64,000 nt of DNA, from the IMG/VR virus record IMGVR_UViG_3300011008_000071, positions 1-64,000 of that record. One strand, given 5' to 3'. Positions within the stretch are counted from its first letter, which is position 1, and each line of letters opens with the position of its first letter. A program made the position numbers and the translations under genes. Positions 1-10,609 of this stretch are shown here, one piece after another. The stretch is from a virus (lineage: Duplodnaviria; Caudoviricetes). The notes under the pieces were generated by a model. It saw nothing but the letters and a program-made list of their open reading frames with translations. It had not been told where the DNA came from and made no database searches.

Positions 1-111
1 CACTATCTGTCACCAGTAGCCGCGGTTAGTTAGGCTCTAAGGGTGTTCCCGCAATTATGAGAGAGAAGGCCAATTAGGGTACTCATTCGTGTTGTCCCCC
101 AAATGTAAAAA
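1..111 (-). mobile_element. Group I intron, 5' part (runs off the window start), interrupting the putative sigma-like RNAP subunit gene
   Basis: On the minus strand, exon end AAGGU(U) pairs with GGCCUU (P1 with U-G). It is followed by aattgcgggaacacccttagagcc, which closely resembles the P4 segment of the other introns here (e.g. tgcgggaagtaccttagagcc at ~16040). The ORF tail 'CGNTLRA' is intron read-through. Confidence 0.75.
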
Positions 112-878
112 ACCTTGCTTTCCACGTAGGACCAGATCTTATTGTATATATTAAAATCCCACTGCCATACATCAAACATATCAATGTAGAATCTGTAGAA
201 CAAATCCAGATTCTTCTGGACGTTGATAGATCTCATCACGGTGAAGTGATTGATGATGAATGACAATATCTTGATTCCGAATGAGATACAGAGCATTGCC
301 TTAACATGTACATTTAGGAATTCAAGGGATTTCTTTTTTCTTTGCATAATAGACAACATGTCAGGGTTAGCCATGTTGCGGGTATTCTCAGCCTCAATAT
401 CATCGACATAGTTCTCATCTACCATCTTCTCAATCTTATCCTTGATAGACTGAGTGAAGAGAGTCTTGTAACACAGATCTTTGAATGCATCAAAGTTTCT
501 CAGTGTGTAAGAGATATTGTCTACGTCAATCAGATATTTGATTCTGAACAGAGCGGCAATAAGTTCACCGTCAGTGTCATACAGGGTTTCGAAGAAGTTC
601 AGTTCTTCACACATCTGAGGCAGATATGTTGAGTATGACATCTTCGTTACCTTCCATTCATTCAATGCTGCAATGTTCTCATTGTTTACATGAGCTAGCT
701 CTTTATCGAAATTGATAATGAGTGTTTTAGGCATTGATGAGAATTTGACATCATCTGGGTGTAACTTAAACCCATGCCAGTATGATTTTGCCCCGTTAGG
801 AAATGCGTGTTTCACGTACTTCCAACGGGGTATTTCGACCGGTTTTTCATTCGGTCGTACGGAGTTTAATTGTAACAT
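112..878 (-). CDS. Putative promoter-specificity (sigma-like) subunit of non-virion RNA polymerase (AR9 gp226/phiKZ gp68-like), exon 1
   Basis: 282-aa ORF; the segment LEFLNVHVKAMLCISFGIKILSFIINHF resembles this family as I recall it; jumbo-phage context; interrupted by an intron. Confidence 0.5.
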
Positions 879-879
879 A

Positions 880-1620
880 CTACCGTTCGCCTCCTGTTAA
901 TATGTTTGAGAACTTCGAGCCGATTACTTCAACATCCATCACCTGTGTCGTTCCTGTTCTGATGTAGGGATGACTGGCCATCATCTCCATGAGGTCATAC
1001 TTAGGAATTCCCCCAGGATAGTTGTATCTGTAATCTTCCGCCAATAGAATATGTGAATATGTGCCATGTAAAACTTCAGCGATACTATTCATCAATTCCA
1101 TATCCGATAATATATAAGTGAAATTCTCTCGACATTTTTTGGTAGCCAACGTCAAATCTCCGAACACGTAATGGTGAGGCATCCCGGCAAATATTCTGTC
1201 TACATCATGACGGATGTATGGGGATTCCGTTTCCGAGTACACAAATATTGGGAATATCATATGCTGATATTGATATACTTCCAACAACCTCGATATGTTG
1301 AGCAATGGGGTTACTCGGTATATCGATTCATCTGTAAGTATTTCATCCAGTAACTTATCCAATTCTTCTTCGGGGATTATATGCATATAATCCAATGAAT
1401 ATAACGGATTGATTGCACGGCGTTGTTTATACCATTCAAACAATTGGGGAAGGGTCATGTTTCTGATGATTTCTACGGGCAGTCCATGGCTATCTCCGAA
1501 TATCAATGACATAACTGCATACAGGTAAACAGGCTTAACTATGTCATAGTATTGCAAAAAAAGACCAGCGCCACCAACGAAGAAGCTATTCGTATCAAAA
1601 GGTTTGCTAAACAGCTCCAT
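880..1620 (-). CDS. Hypothetical protein
   Basis: 246-aa ORF with GAGGAGG upstream, in a tightly packed operon. Confidence 0.7.
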   Translation of the reverse strand: MELFSKPFDTNSFFVGGAGLFLQYYDIVKPVYLYAVMSLIFGDSHGLPVEIIRNMTLPQLFEWYKQRRAINPLYSLDYMHIIPEEELDKLLDEILTDESIYRVTPLLNISRLLEVYQYQHMIFPIFVYSETESPYIRHDVDRIFAGMPHHYVFGDLTLATKKCRENFTYILSDMELMNSIAEVLHGTYSHILLAEDYRYNYPGGIPKYDLMEMMASHPYIRTGTTQVMDVEVIGSKFSNILTGGER

Positions 1621-1676
1621 ACATCACCCTCCTCAATTTAACACCCATGGGATTTGATTCCCATGGGTGTTGCTGT

Positions 1677-2441
1677 TTATGTCGGAACATTGTAATTGTC
1701 GAAGCTCTGAGCAGGTCCTCCCCAGTTGTTCTGCTTCGGCTGATTGCCGAAAGACGGATTACCATTGTTCCTGGGCTGATACTGCTGTCTTCCACCGCTG
1801 TTTCCATAATTACCATTCTTCTGATAATTATTCTGCCTCTGGTAGTTGTTACGAACTGCTTGGTTGTTCTGATTTGCCTTATCGATGACGGAACCGAGAG
1901 TCTTGACGTAGTCCTCCGTAAACTTGTCAAGATGACGGTCCGCATTGATCCCACCAAGATAGCCGTCAAGTGTTGACTTGAAAGCACCAAGAGCAGCTTC
2001 GATGGTCTTTGTTACAGGAACACCGTTCTCGGTTACCTGAATAGGCATTGTCATGAACGGGAATGTCACAGTAATGTTATTCTTGGTGATGATAAGTGTT
2101 GTTTGCAACTGGCCTGCTGCGTTGAGTTTTCTCTCCAGGAGCATCGTTGCATTGAAGCAGGGAATCCCTATCGATACTTCATTGACTGAACCTTCCAGAA
2201 TCTTGCCGCATACTTGGCTTAATGCGCTGGCACCTTCATATGAAATCGTCGTTGCAACGCCGTTCTTGTTGTCGAAATTGGATCTCCCATTCTCGTCCTT
2301 ATTCAGGAAAGGGTAGAGCGCAATTGCGAAAGAGGTGTTGTAGAACTTCGTGTTCATGTACGAAGTACCATCTGCATAGAAGTTACGGATCTGGGTATTC
2401 GTGTTAGTTCTGTTCGGGGTGTTTGTCTGTGGCGCTGGCAT
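1677..2441 (-). CDS. Putative single-stranded DNA-binding protein
   Basis: Beta-rich N-terminal domain and a low-complexity N/Q/G C-terminal tail; located near the DNA polymerase gene. Function is inferred. Confidence 0.4.
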   Translation of the reverse strand: MPAPQTNTPNRTNTNTQIRNFYADGTSYMNTKFYNTSFAIALYPFLNKDENGRSNFDNKNGVATTISYEGASALSQVCGKILEGSVNEVSIGIPCFNATMLLERKLNAAGQLQTTLIITKNNITVTFPFMTMPIQVTENGVPVTKTIEAALGAFKSTLDGYLGGINADRHLDKFTEDYVKTLGSVIDKANQNNQAVRNNYQRQNNYQKNGNYGNSGGRQQYQPRNNGNPSFGNQPKQNNWGGPAQSFDNYNVPT

Positions 2442-3174
2442 ATAACTCCTCCTTTACATCCTTGGCCATTGTTATATTTGCAATGAGTTCTACTTCGAAC
2501 TCGTTGTTCTGGAATAGACGAGGTGAGTATTTTCTTAGGAAGTTTCCTGTGAGTAATCCCTCGGACTCATATATCGAAATCAGCTCATCGTTCTGAATAT
2601 ATCTCAGGAACATCAACGGGCTAATTTCGGTGACAATTGGACTGTAGCCGTTCAGAAGATCTCGGATGATATCATACCATTCATCATCCGAACAATTGGC
2701 GGGAAGAGAGGTATGTACCTTCTTAAGTATATCGGAAGTAATTGCCCTCATGAAGTTACTCTTGGCATTCAGGATCAGACCTTCATAGGCCGTGATGATA
2801 ACGCGGCGGTAATCGTCTGTCTCCAATTCCTCCCTTCCTCCCGTAGAAACATGCAGTGCCAGTTTCTGTTCAAGAAGCCCTTCGATAAACTTCGAGAATT
2901 CGGTATTAAGATTATCCAGAATTTCTATCTTCTCGCTGGGGTGCTCTTCATCATCTTCACCACATGCTTCGTATGAAGCATCCAATTGTCTATAGAATAT
3001 CTCGACATAGTTTGTCTTGTCTTCAGTACCTATGTAATCGGTAAACTGATCCGTTATTCCTTGACGAATGGTCTCATATGAGACCTCGCCAAGGAAAGCA
3101 TTCTGCTCCACCAGTGAATTAGGCGGAATGGGTTCATCGACCTCAACCGGGTCATACAATTCTGTGTCGCTCAT
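2404..3174 (-). CDS. Hypothetical acidic protein
   Basis: 256-aa ORF with AGGAGG RBS. Confidence 0.7.
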   Translation of the reverse strand: MSDTELYDPVEVDEPIPPNSLVEQNAFLGEVSYETIRQGITDQFTDYIGTEDKTNYVEIFYRQLDASYEACGEDDEEHPSEKIEILDNLNTEFSKFIEGLLEQKLALHVSTGGREELETDDYRRVIITAYEGLILNAKSNFMRAITSDILKKVHTSLPANCSDDEWYDIIRDLLNGYSPIVTEISPLMFLRYIQNDELISIYESEGLLTGNFLRKYSPRLFQNNEFEVELIANITMAKDVKEELYASATDKHPEQN

Positions 3175-3225
3175 AAATGCCCTCCTTTGATTTTTGTATG
3201 CTATTGTTCATACGTGAAATATATT

Positions 3226-5283
3226 TTATATGGTTATTAAGCACGATACCGCATTAGCTGTTCCATTCGGTGTCTTGAACATCATATCCGGCATATGAAG
3301 TGCATCGAGTATAGATCTGAACGAAGATATTACATCCGATATCAAGATATCATAATCTATCAATGGAATTATCCATTCTGGAATCTGTTTTACATTAGCA
3401 GGAATACAGATGATATTCAATCCAGATTTTACAATCATTCCGTCATCGGATCTATAGATCTTCTGCATTACGGTATGATACTCATCAGGGAACTTATTCT
3501 CGATTATCGAAAGATCGGTTGGGGACTTCACGGCCAACTTCAGAATCTTTACACGCTCGAACGCGTTGATCTTCTTATCTGGATATATTTCATTCCAGAT
3601 GATAGATCCACGATACACCTGGATCTTCCATGCACCTGATGTTTCATTCCCATTTTTATCAATCGCATTTTTATATGCAGAAGATTCTTTGAACTGAGCC
3701 ATCTTCAGATACTTAGTATGCCCTGCCTTCAGATCATTATAGATATCCCTTCTGAACTGTCTTAGATCAGATACCAGTTCATGCAATTCAAGTTCATCAC
3801 TGAACAGAATATGATCACAGAGAATGCTCTCAAGTCTGGTTTGGATTTCCGGAGAGATTTCAGCCTTGATGAAGTTAACGCCTTTGATTTCCTTCTTGAA
3901 TGGCATCATGATATTTCCCTCACGAAGGACGATGGATGCAACATAGCGTTTCTTAACCATCATCAGGAATAGACGACGGAACATAAACTCGTTCTTCATC
4001 GTTAGCTCCTTCGCGTCTTCATCATTGATGTTATGGCATCTACAATAGAATGCAAGCATTGACGCGACGGATCTATCCAGGGTCGTTGTCAGGGTGTTGA
4101 TCATTGCCATCTCGTTATACATTTTAGGACGGCCGAATGTTTCGTTTGGGAATATCTTTTCCAGAACATGAGCAACGAACAGATTCGCATTAATAATATT
4201 GGAATCAGTATCAACCAGAAGGACAGTATTCCTCTTGTGATTGTTTAGTTTCTCGATACTGTCTGGAGTGATATATTCAACGAACACCATCTGGGTTACA
4301 ACAGTTGCAAAGTCATTCAACGGCTCCTGTATCTGATCAGGCACTTTCTTTGGGTTAAGGAACATCTTCTCGGAAACCCATGTATTATACTCGTCCTTAT
4401 CCTTGAATTGAGATTTGAACTCATCTGGGATCTCTTTTGGTACCGCCTCATAGTTCGGAAGCCTGCTCAGTATCTCTCTGAGATACTTCTGCACATGGGG
4501 ATGATCTGTAACGAATCCATTCAGGTTATTTCCATAATACATATACGTCAAAGTATCATCAGATTGATTATCCAGAAATTGCTGAAGATTTTCAAGATCT
4601 TCTGGTGTGACTTTCATGAAGTTCGGAAGAAGGCGGCGATATACTTCAGACGAGGTACGTCTCATTACCCATTTCGGAATCTTGTCTTTCTTCTTCTTTA
4701 CGAAGTATGCCCAATCAAAGAACTCATTGATTGTGAAAAACTTCTGGTTATTTCCCAGGAAAGACTCAAAGAATGCAGCCATCACGGTAATGATTGACTG
4801 TGCCATCAGGGTTGTTGCGGCAGGACCATATTTCGTATAGAATGCTGCCGTCGGTGTACCGGAACCGCCATATTCTGCATTCATGATAACCTTCAGATTC
4901 TGCTGATTCAGATCCAGCATTGCATACAGATCCATGTCTCCGACTTGTAGTGCAATGAACATCTCTTTCTTAACACTGGATCTTCCCTTCTTCATCGACT
5001 TCAACATCTTGGATGTTGGGGATTGTAGTACCGTCGGCTGACAGAAGAAGGTTGCATTACCAGAGATTACAGGGTTCTCTTTATCAATCCAATTACACAG
5101 TTTGGACAATGTGATCGTTGCCGTCTCACCAGTCGTACTGTTATCCATTGTAATTGTTGGATCTGTCAAACGTTCCTTCAATGTTCGCTCAACAATCTTC
5201 CTGACCTTTTCCGTGTCTAGAGTTATATCAATTTCTGTAATTGCATCCATGTATCGATCGACCATTACATCACGAATAAACAT
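3226..5283 (-). CDS. Family B DNA polymerase, C-terminal subunit of a split enzyme (fingers/palm/thumb)
   Basis: Motif B KVIMNAEYG, motif C VDTDS, KKRY and IKG. No exonuclease domain or motif A; those are in 33108-36150. Confidence 0.85.
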   Translation of the reverse strand: MFIRDVMVDRYMDAITEIDITLDTEKVRKIVERTLKERLTDPTITMDNSTTGETATITLSKLCNWIDKENPVISGNATFFCQPTVLQSPTSKMLKSMKKGRSSVKKEMFIALQVGDMDLYAMLDLNQQNLKVIMNAEYGGSGTPTAAFYTKYGPAATTLMAQSIITVMAAFFESFLGNNQKFFTINEFFDWAYFVKKKKDKIPKWVMRRTSSEVYRRLLPNFMKVTPEDLENLQQFLDNQSDDTLTYMYYGNNLNGFVTDHPHVQKYLREILSRLPNYEAVPKEIPDEFKSQFKDKDEYNTWVSEKMFLNPKKVPDQIQEPLNDFATVVTQMVFVEYITPDSIEKLNNHKRNTVLLVDTDSNIINANLFVAHVLEKIFPNETFGRPKMYNEMAMINTLTTTLDRSVASMLAFYCRCHNINDEDAKELTMKNEFMFRRLFLMMVKKRYVASIVLREGNIMMPFKKEIKGVNFIKAEISPEIQTRLESILCDHILFSDELELHELVSDLRQFRRDIYNDLKAGHTKYLKMAQFKESSAYKNAIDKNGNETSGAWKIQVYRGSIIWNEIYPDKKINAFERVKILKLAVKSPTDLSIIENKFPDEYHTVMQKIYRSDDGMIVKSGLNIICIPANVKQIPEWIIPLIDYDILISDVISSFRSILDALHMPDMMFKTPNGTANAVSCLITI

Positions 5284-5348
5284 GTCATCACTTCCTATAT
5301 ACTATATTCATCATCATAATATATCATTGTGAAAAATATAAAAAGAAT

Positions 5349-5386
5349 TACACACAACACCCGGGTTGACCCGGGTGTTGTGTGTA
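5349..5386. terminator. Intergenic hairpin/terminator
   Basis: tacacacaacacccggg-ttga-cccgggtgttgtgtgta. Confidence 0.7.
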
Positions 5387-5419
5387 TCTTGTATATATGC
5401 GGAAAGGAGGAGTTGGCTA

Positions 5420-6115
5420 TTATGGATCAAGAGTAACGTCATAGATACGGATAACTGCATTGGGATCGAATATGATGTCATAATCCGTGTGACCTTCCGT
5501 ACCTATGAATGTAGCATCTGTTACGAATGTTATCATCTTGGATACATTTGGGCATGCTTCAATCATTTCCTTGCTCAGGTATGTTATATCCACTGCAAGC
5601 TCTTGATCTATCTTGTATATGGTCGTATCAGACATGTATATCTGATTTGTGGCACGTTCATAATTCTCTTTGGTTACGTCCAAATATGAGTATACCCATT
5701 GATACGCTATGAACTTATATACATCTTCCATGGCGTGATCAATCAGCTCATTATCAATACTGGTAACCTCAACATTAGATTTTATCTGTTTTATTCCATT
5801 CGTGATGAAGTCATACATTTTCAAAGACTTCGTGGGTTTGAATGTGTAGAACAGGGACTTGGATTGCAGAGGAGCAAAATCGGATTCGGTAAACCGATCT
5901 CTATATTTCATATACACTGGGAGAGATTTCACATCATTGTACAATCGGTTGGACAGGATGTTCATGAAGCGGCACTCTCCACAGCATTTGAATATACTTT
6001 CCTTGGATGGCATCCATACCTTATTATGGTCTAGATCCGTCTTTGACTTGGAGAGTATATGGTAATAGAATAGGTTATCGATTATATCATTAAGTGTATT
6101 CATTGGAACCGCCAT
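5420..6115 (-). CDS. Hypothetical protein
   Basis: 231-aa ORF. Confidence 0.65.
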   Translation of the reverse strand: MAVPMNTLNDIIDNLFYYHILSKSKTDLDHNKVWMPSKESIFKCCGECRFMNILSNRLYNDVKSLPVYMKYRDRFTESDFAPLQSKSLFYTFKPTKSLKMYDFITNGIKQIKSNVEVTSIDNELIDHAMEDVYKFIAYQWVYSYLDVTKENYERATNQIYMSDTTIYKIDQELAVDITYLSKEMIEACPNVSKMITFVTDATFIGTEGHTDYDIIFDPNAVIRIYDVTLDP

Positions 6116-6175
6116 ACCTTTCTTTAACCCGTCTGGGTAGTGATATAATAAAGTACAATCAAGGAGTGAATATAA

Positions 6176-7456
6176 ATGAAGTACGCAATTAACTTCAATG
6201 AGTCTATGGTATTTACGGAAGCCGTCTTCAGCTCAGGCCGAGAAAGTATGGAGCCAATAGTGAAATCTTTTCAAAAGATAAAAGATATTCTTGAAGAGAA
6301 GATAAAAGAGCACCAAGAAACCAGCAAAGAAGCTGAGGATGCCAAGAAGAAAGCCAAGTCGGGAGAACCCATAGGAAATGTCAAAGTTAGACCGTTCAAT
6401 CCCGAAAGCTTCTGGAGGCAGCTTGCCTGGAAGGATCTGGAAGATGAAATCCAGAAGGTATTCGGATTCCGGGTGGTGAAGATCAATCCATACAACGAGA
6501 AATACCTTCCGGCTAAGGATATATTTGAATCAAATGAACTCAATGCATATGTATATAGAAAGACCAGGTATCCTGTCGATGCTCTGATAACGGACAAAGG
6601 CTTGTACGATAAGTCTCATTCACTGGATTTGGAAGTTCATATCAGCCTTGGCTTGTTACGGAACTTTACAGCGGCAGAGATTATGGCAACATTGTTGCAT
6701 GAGATAGGCCATTCAATAGACCCTGCATTATGCGATATCAAATATACCGGAACGAATGTTCTATGTAAGTATATTACTGATCGTAAGGGTGCTATCAACA
6801 AGGAGGAGCAGAAAGTCCTCAATGATGCCAAGAAATCTGGATTAACGGTACTGGAAGCAATCGGTGTCGGAATTGGACTGTTGCCATTACTAGTATTAAT
6901 TGGTAGCAGTATTGCTTCCGGAGCAAAGAAGATATGTTCCAGTATTAGAGATCTTTTCATCGGCAAAGAAGGAAGAAGACAAAAGCAGCTTGAGAAAATT
7001 CAATCTCTAATGCAGAAGGATACGATTAAGTTCACCCGACAGGAATATACGGAAGCATTTGCCGACAACTTTGCGAGGATGTATGGTTTCGGTCCAGAGA
7101 TGGCTTCCGTACTGAAGAAACTTAGTAAGGATGTCGACAAGCGTATCAGTCGTATTGAGAAGGAGAAACGTAGGGAGGAAGTTATATTCAATATAACCGA
7201 AGCTGCCATCAAGGATATCCATAAGACAGATGTACACCGTGTCAAAGCTCTGATCCGAGAGTATAACAATGACATCAATGATCCCAATGTTCCCCTGGAA
7301 GTAAAGAAGCAGCTCATGGCTGATGTAAAGGAAGTTGAGCTTGTACTAGATCAGTTCATGAATGATTTCGACAAGTTCCAGAATCGGATCAACAAGATGA
7401 TCTCTGATGAACTGGACAAGATAGAACCTACAAAAGAACCTGATGAGAAGAAGTGA
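6176..7456 (+). CDS. Zincin-like (HExxH) metalloprotease-family protein, probably virion-associated
   Basis: LLHEIGH, a downstream EAFAD..A..YG motif and a central hydrophobic segment. Confidence 0.6.
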   Translation: MKYAINFNESMVFTEAVFSSGRESMEPIVKSFQKIKDILEEKIKEHQETSKEAEDAKKKAKSGEPIGNVKVRPFNPESFWRQLAWKDLEDEIQKVFGFRVVKINPYNEKYLPAKDIFESNELNAYVYRKTRYPVDALITDKGLYDKSHSLDLEVHISLGLLRNFTAAEIMATLLHEIGHSIDPALCDIKYTGTNVLCKYITDRKGAINKEEQKVLNDAKKSGLTVLEAIGVGIGLLPLLVLIGSSIASGAKKICSSIRDLFIGKEGRRQKQLEKIQSLMQKDTIKFTRQEYTEAFADNFARMYGFGPEMASVLKKLSKDVDKRISRIEKEKRREEVIFNITEAAIKDIHKTDVHRVKALIREYNNDINDPNVPLEVKKQLMADVKEVELVLDQFMNDFDKFQNRINKMISDELDKIEPTKEPDEKK

Positions 7457-7459
7457 TAC

Positions 7460-7488
7460 ATGCACCCCAGGGATTCCCTGGGGTGCAT
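7460..7488. terminator. Bidirectional hairpin between convergent genes
   Basis: atgcaccccaggg-att-ccctggggtgcat. Confidence 0.7.
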
Positions 7489-7491
7489 ACT

Positions 7492-7974
7492 TTACTCAGA
7501 TTCTTTCTTTTCAAGGACAGGTGCAAGAGCATCTTTAGCGGCAGCAATTGCTGCAGTGGTTCCATTCTCGACAGCCGTCTTGATTGCCTCCTCTGACATT
7601 GCCGTTACAGTATCTTTGATATCCGCTGCCAATGTAGCCGGCTTATCAATATATTCCTGGAGTTTGTTGTTTGATTTCCACTTCTCCTTTGCCTCAGACA
7701 GGGTGGATTCAATCATCTTTTCAATGTCTTTAGAGGTGTATAGGAATTTGAGCAGAGTCGGAATTCTCTGATACAGCATGTCAGCAACGGCAGCATACTT
7801 CAGTGCTCCCAGACCTGTTCCAAACTCCTGTTCGGCCTTGGTTACCAGAGAGAATACGATCTGCTTCAGTATTGTTGTTTCTCCCTTCTTAATGGAGAAG
7901 ATCAGACCGATCAAGATGACCAGTACGAATAGGATTGTATCCCAATAGTTCACAAAGAAATTTACGACATTCAT
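7492..7974 (-). CDS. Putative holin (LL-H-like)
   Basis: Single N-terminal transmembrane segment followed by the pattern AEQEFG..GALK...IE. Confidence 0.55.
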   Translation of the reverse strand: MNVVNFFVNYWDTILFVLVILIGLIFSIKKGETTILKQIVFSLVTKAEQEFGTGLGALKYAAVADMLYQRIPTLLKFLYTSKDIEKMIESTLSEAKEKWKSNNKLQEYIDKPATLAADIKDTVTAMSEEAIKTAVENGTTAAIAAAKDALAPVLEKKESE

Positions 7975-8043
7975 ATGTCATTCTCCTTTCAAATAGTTAT
8001 CATCAAGTTGAGTGTATATATTATACTTATGGAGGTGATTGAT

Positions 8044-8217
8044 ATGAAATGCAATCGCAGTTACATGAAGCATCCGGAGATAATTACGGAGGCAAACCAG
8101 ACAAATCGTAGGTACCGTAGGGAGATGGCGAAAAAGCAGAAAGCCGAGAAGGGCAAACGCCCTCCTCAGCAGACTGATCACGTTTCAGAAACTCCCGAAG
8201 AGCCCAGCGTTAAGTAG
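8044..8217 (+). CDS. Small basic hypothetical protein
   Basis: GGAGGTG RBS and TATATATTAT motif upstream; 57 aa. Confidence 0.5.
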   Translation: MKCNRSYMKHPEIITEANQTNRRYRREMAKKQKAEKGKRPPQQTDHVSETPEEPSVK

Positions 8218-8405
8218 GGCATCCGGTAGAATTCAGTTACATTCCGTCCAGCAAAGATTTGGTTATACGGGAACCGTATTTCCGAATCGGTCTGGATGGA
8301 GAACTGAGTTCTTTTACCATTCGAATCCACACACGAATCATTGTTGCACACGTAATGAGTGTCAACTAATGTTACATCGGGTCTGAAACAACGGGGACAA
8401 ATCAT
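8178..8405 (-). CDS. Small zinc-finger protein
   Basis: CPRC...CNNDSC. Confidence 0.55.
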   Translation of the reverse strand: MICPRCFRPDVTLVDTHYVCNNDSCVDSNGKRTQFSIQTDSEIRFPYNQIFAGRNVTEFYRMPYLTLGSSGVSET

Positions 8406-8431
8406 ACATATTCATCCCTTTCTTTTTTGCA

Positions 8432-8536
8432 TTAGCCGTTAAGGAGCGCTTCTGCTACGGCCTCTCTCCACCTCTCAGGAACTCCCTCAAGTGTGAGGAG
8501 ACCCTTATTGATGAGATTTACATATACTCTTACCAT
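8432..8536 (-). CDS. CD1375-like small phage protein (34 aa, not in the ORF track)
   Basis: MVRVYVNLINKGLLTLEGVPERWREAVAEALLNG with AGGAG RBS; VP..WR..V pattern. Confidence 0.65.
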   Translation of the reverse strand: MVRVYVNLINKGLLTLEGVPERWREAVAEALLNG

Positions 8537-8554
8537 ATCGGACACTCCTTTCGA

Positions 8555-8803
8555 TTAACCCAGAAGGGCAGCTGCGAGTTCAGCGATTGCGAGCTCGGTT
8601 TCGGTTTCCACCTGGTAAAGCTTGTACTCGTCCTTGGTGAGGATAGCCTCATCATACTCGAAGTATTTGGTTTCCTTGCCCTCAGAGTCTGTCTCAGTCT
8701 GCTCTGTGATATTCTTTCTGAGGTATACCGATGTCTTCGAAGACGTCTCATCGACTGCTACCGGTGCTTCATTGGATCTGGACTTGTTCCATGTAATTGT
8801 CAT
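8555..8803 (-). CDS. Small tail-fibre-associated protein
   Basis: 82 aa ending ELAIAELAAALLG; follows the RT and precedes the CD1375-like gene. Confidence 0.55.
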   Translation of the reverse strand: MTITWNKSRSNEAPVAVDETSSKTSVYLRKNITEQTETDSEGKETKYFEYDEAILTKDEYKLYQVETETELAIAELAAALLG

Positions 8804-8809
8804 GACACA

Positions 8810-9919
8810 TTACATCCTTTCTGAAAATTTTGTTTTAATCAACGCCAGTTGTTTGTTCTGACGATTATCGTATTGTGAAATACGGTCCTTACATTTCTTG
8901 AATGACATGCACGGCGCAATGTATTTCTTATACATTTGGTAAGTATCTGACCAATCAATGTATCCCAGATATGCCATCAACTGATGGGCATCATGAATGG
9001 TGCATTTCTTCTTTTGATTTATTTTAGCTGCTTTATGCTTGAAACGCTTCAGCAGGGATTTTCGTAATTGTGTACGGTCTCGGTAGAACTTGAACCCACA
9101 GAAGTCCAGCGCTCTTCCCTTGTGTTTACCCGTTTCTTTGTCTATGTAATCGACCCGGAATATTTGCCAATCTCCCTTGATTCGTAATTTCATATCTCTT
9201 AGGAATTCTTCTATTTCTCGCAGTGCATGATGTAGGATTTCTTTATCTTTTGCAAACAGGACCATGTCATCCATGTATCGGACATAGTACTTGATATGAA
9301 GCTCTTCTTTGATGTAATGGTCCAGGGGTTGAAGTAACCAGTTAGCCAGCCAGTGAGATGTATAGAATCCCAATGGCAACCCGTCTCCTTCCACATCCAG
9401 TATCTTGCTTATTACCTTGAGAAACTTCTTGTCGCGGATATACCATTCCAATCGTTCCATTAAGATATCCTTCTGAACACTATTGAAGAACTTCTTGATG
9501 TCCAACTTCAGACAGTACTTAGTATGCTTCTTATCTTTCATCCATTTCTTCACTTGTTTACTGCAAACATGCAATCCTCTCCCCGGGATAGATGAGTAGG
9601 TATGTTCATACATTCCCTTGGTAAACATGGGTTTCATTGCCTGGACAGCCATGTGATGAACGATATGTTCATGTATCTCGGGAACGATAATTTCCCGTTT
9701 CTTGTTTTTGCATCCATCTGTAATCACAGTAGGAGTATGATATGGATATGGGCGAAAATTAACTGCATATTCGCGAATCTCCTCGACAAACTCGTCGGGG
9801 TGACTCGCAATCCATTTAACGTCTCTTCGTTTAGTTTTACCTTTAATACCATTCGAAATTGCTTCCTGAATATTCTCATCAGAAATAAAAATCTCATATA
9901 AATGATTATATGACTTCAT
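8810..9919 (-). CDS. DGR reverse transcriptase
   Basis: LKLDIKKFF, GLPLGFYTSHWLAN, YVRYMDD and DFCGF motifs; 369 aa with no endonuclease domain; adjacent TR/VR pair. Confidence 0.95.
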   Translation of the reverse strand: MKSYNHLYEIFISDENIQEAISNGIKGKTKRRDVKWIASHPDEFVEEIREYAVNFRPYPYHTPTVITDGCKNKKREIIVPEIHEHIVHHMAVQAMKPMFTKGMYEHTYSSIPGRGLHVCSKQVKKWMKDKKHTKYCLKLDIKKFFNSVQKDILMERLEWYIRDKKFLKVISKILDVEGDGLPLGFYTSHWLANWLLQPLDHYIKEELHIKYYVRYMDDMVLFAKDKEILHHALREIEEFLRDMKLRIKGDWQIFRVDYIDKETGKHKGRALDFCGFKFYRDRTQLRKSLLKRFKHKAAKINQKKKCTIHDAHQLMAYLGYIDWSDTYQMYKKYIAPCMSFKKCKDRISQYDNRQNKQLALIKTKFSERM

Positions 9920-10153
9920 AGTGCATATACCTCTCGTTATTGTAAATATTAAACGAGGTTGCAGTTAAATGGAAATATGAGTTCTTATTATCCCCTAGAC
10001 TCGTTTTCGACAGGCTACTAGCGAGGCCGCTCATTCGCGTGGGGCCAATTTTGACCAAGAGGTCAGGATTATGAAAAGCATTAAGAAACTACGAGACCCA
10101 ATAGGCGCCATATCACAAGACACAGCGCATACCGGATAACAAGAACGCAGCAT

Positions 10154-10244
10154 GGCGCCAATATTCCAGTTGGAATTAGACACAGTATTATTCAGGTTGC
10201 AATTGAATGCACCATCTTTAGCACCGTTATTCGAGTTACCACCG
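10154..10244 (-). repeat. DGR template repeat (TR)
   Basis: Non-coding and rich in AAY codons (..GGN SNNGAKDGAFNCNLNNTVSNSNWNIGA). Both VRs differ from it almost only at TR adenines. Confidence 0.95.
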
Positions 10245-10541
10245 CAAACGGGGACGGGCTTTTTGACTTTGGTCCACCAGCATCTGCGCTTTTCATAGCC
10301 CTAAAATGTAAAATTTTTACATCTTACATTATGGTGGTAACTCGATATACACAAATTGCAACCTGAATTGTTATGCTCGTTATTGTTTCCTTAAGGATAT
10401 TTGAACTCATTTTCTCTCTACAATAGCTCATTATTGTAGAGTCGAAATGTGGAAGATTTTGATACATAATACAGGCAAGCAATAACTCGTCTTTCCGGTT
10501 CGCGGGCTTTATCCGATAATTGAAAAATGGGTACGAAAAAG

Positions 10542-10583
10542 AACCGGAATTCCGGCCCCGGTTAAGGAGATGGAATTCCGGTT
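10542..10583 (-). other. Inverted repeat downstream of VR1 (candidate DGR homing hairpin or terminator)
   Basis: aaccggaattcc...ggaattccggtt, ~30 nt past the target stop codon. Confidence 0.5.
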
Positions 10584-10609
10584 TATTATAGGTGTGATCG
10601 TCTTAAAAA

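Noticed and set aside
8810-9919. RT as a group II intron or retron
   Set aside because: No maturase or endonuclease domain and no msr/msd. The adjacent TR/VR pair with adenine-specific mismatches identifies a DGR.
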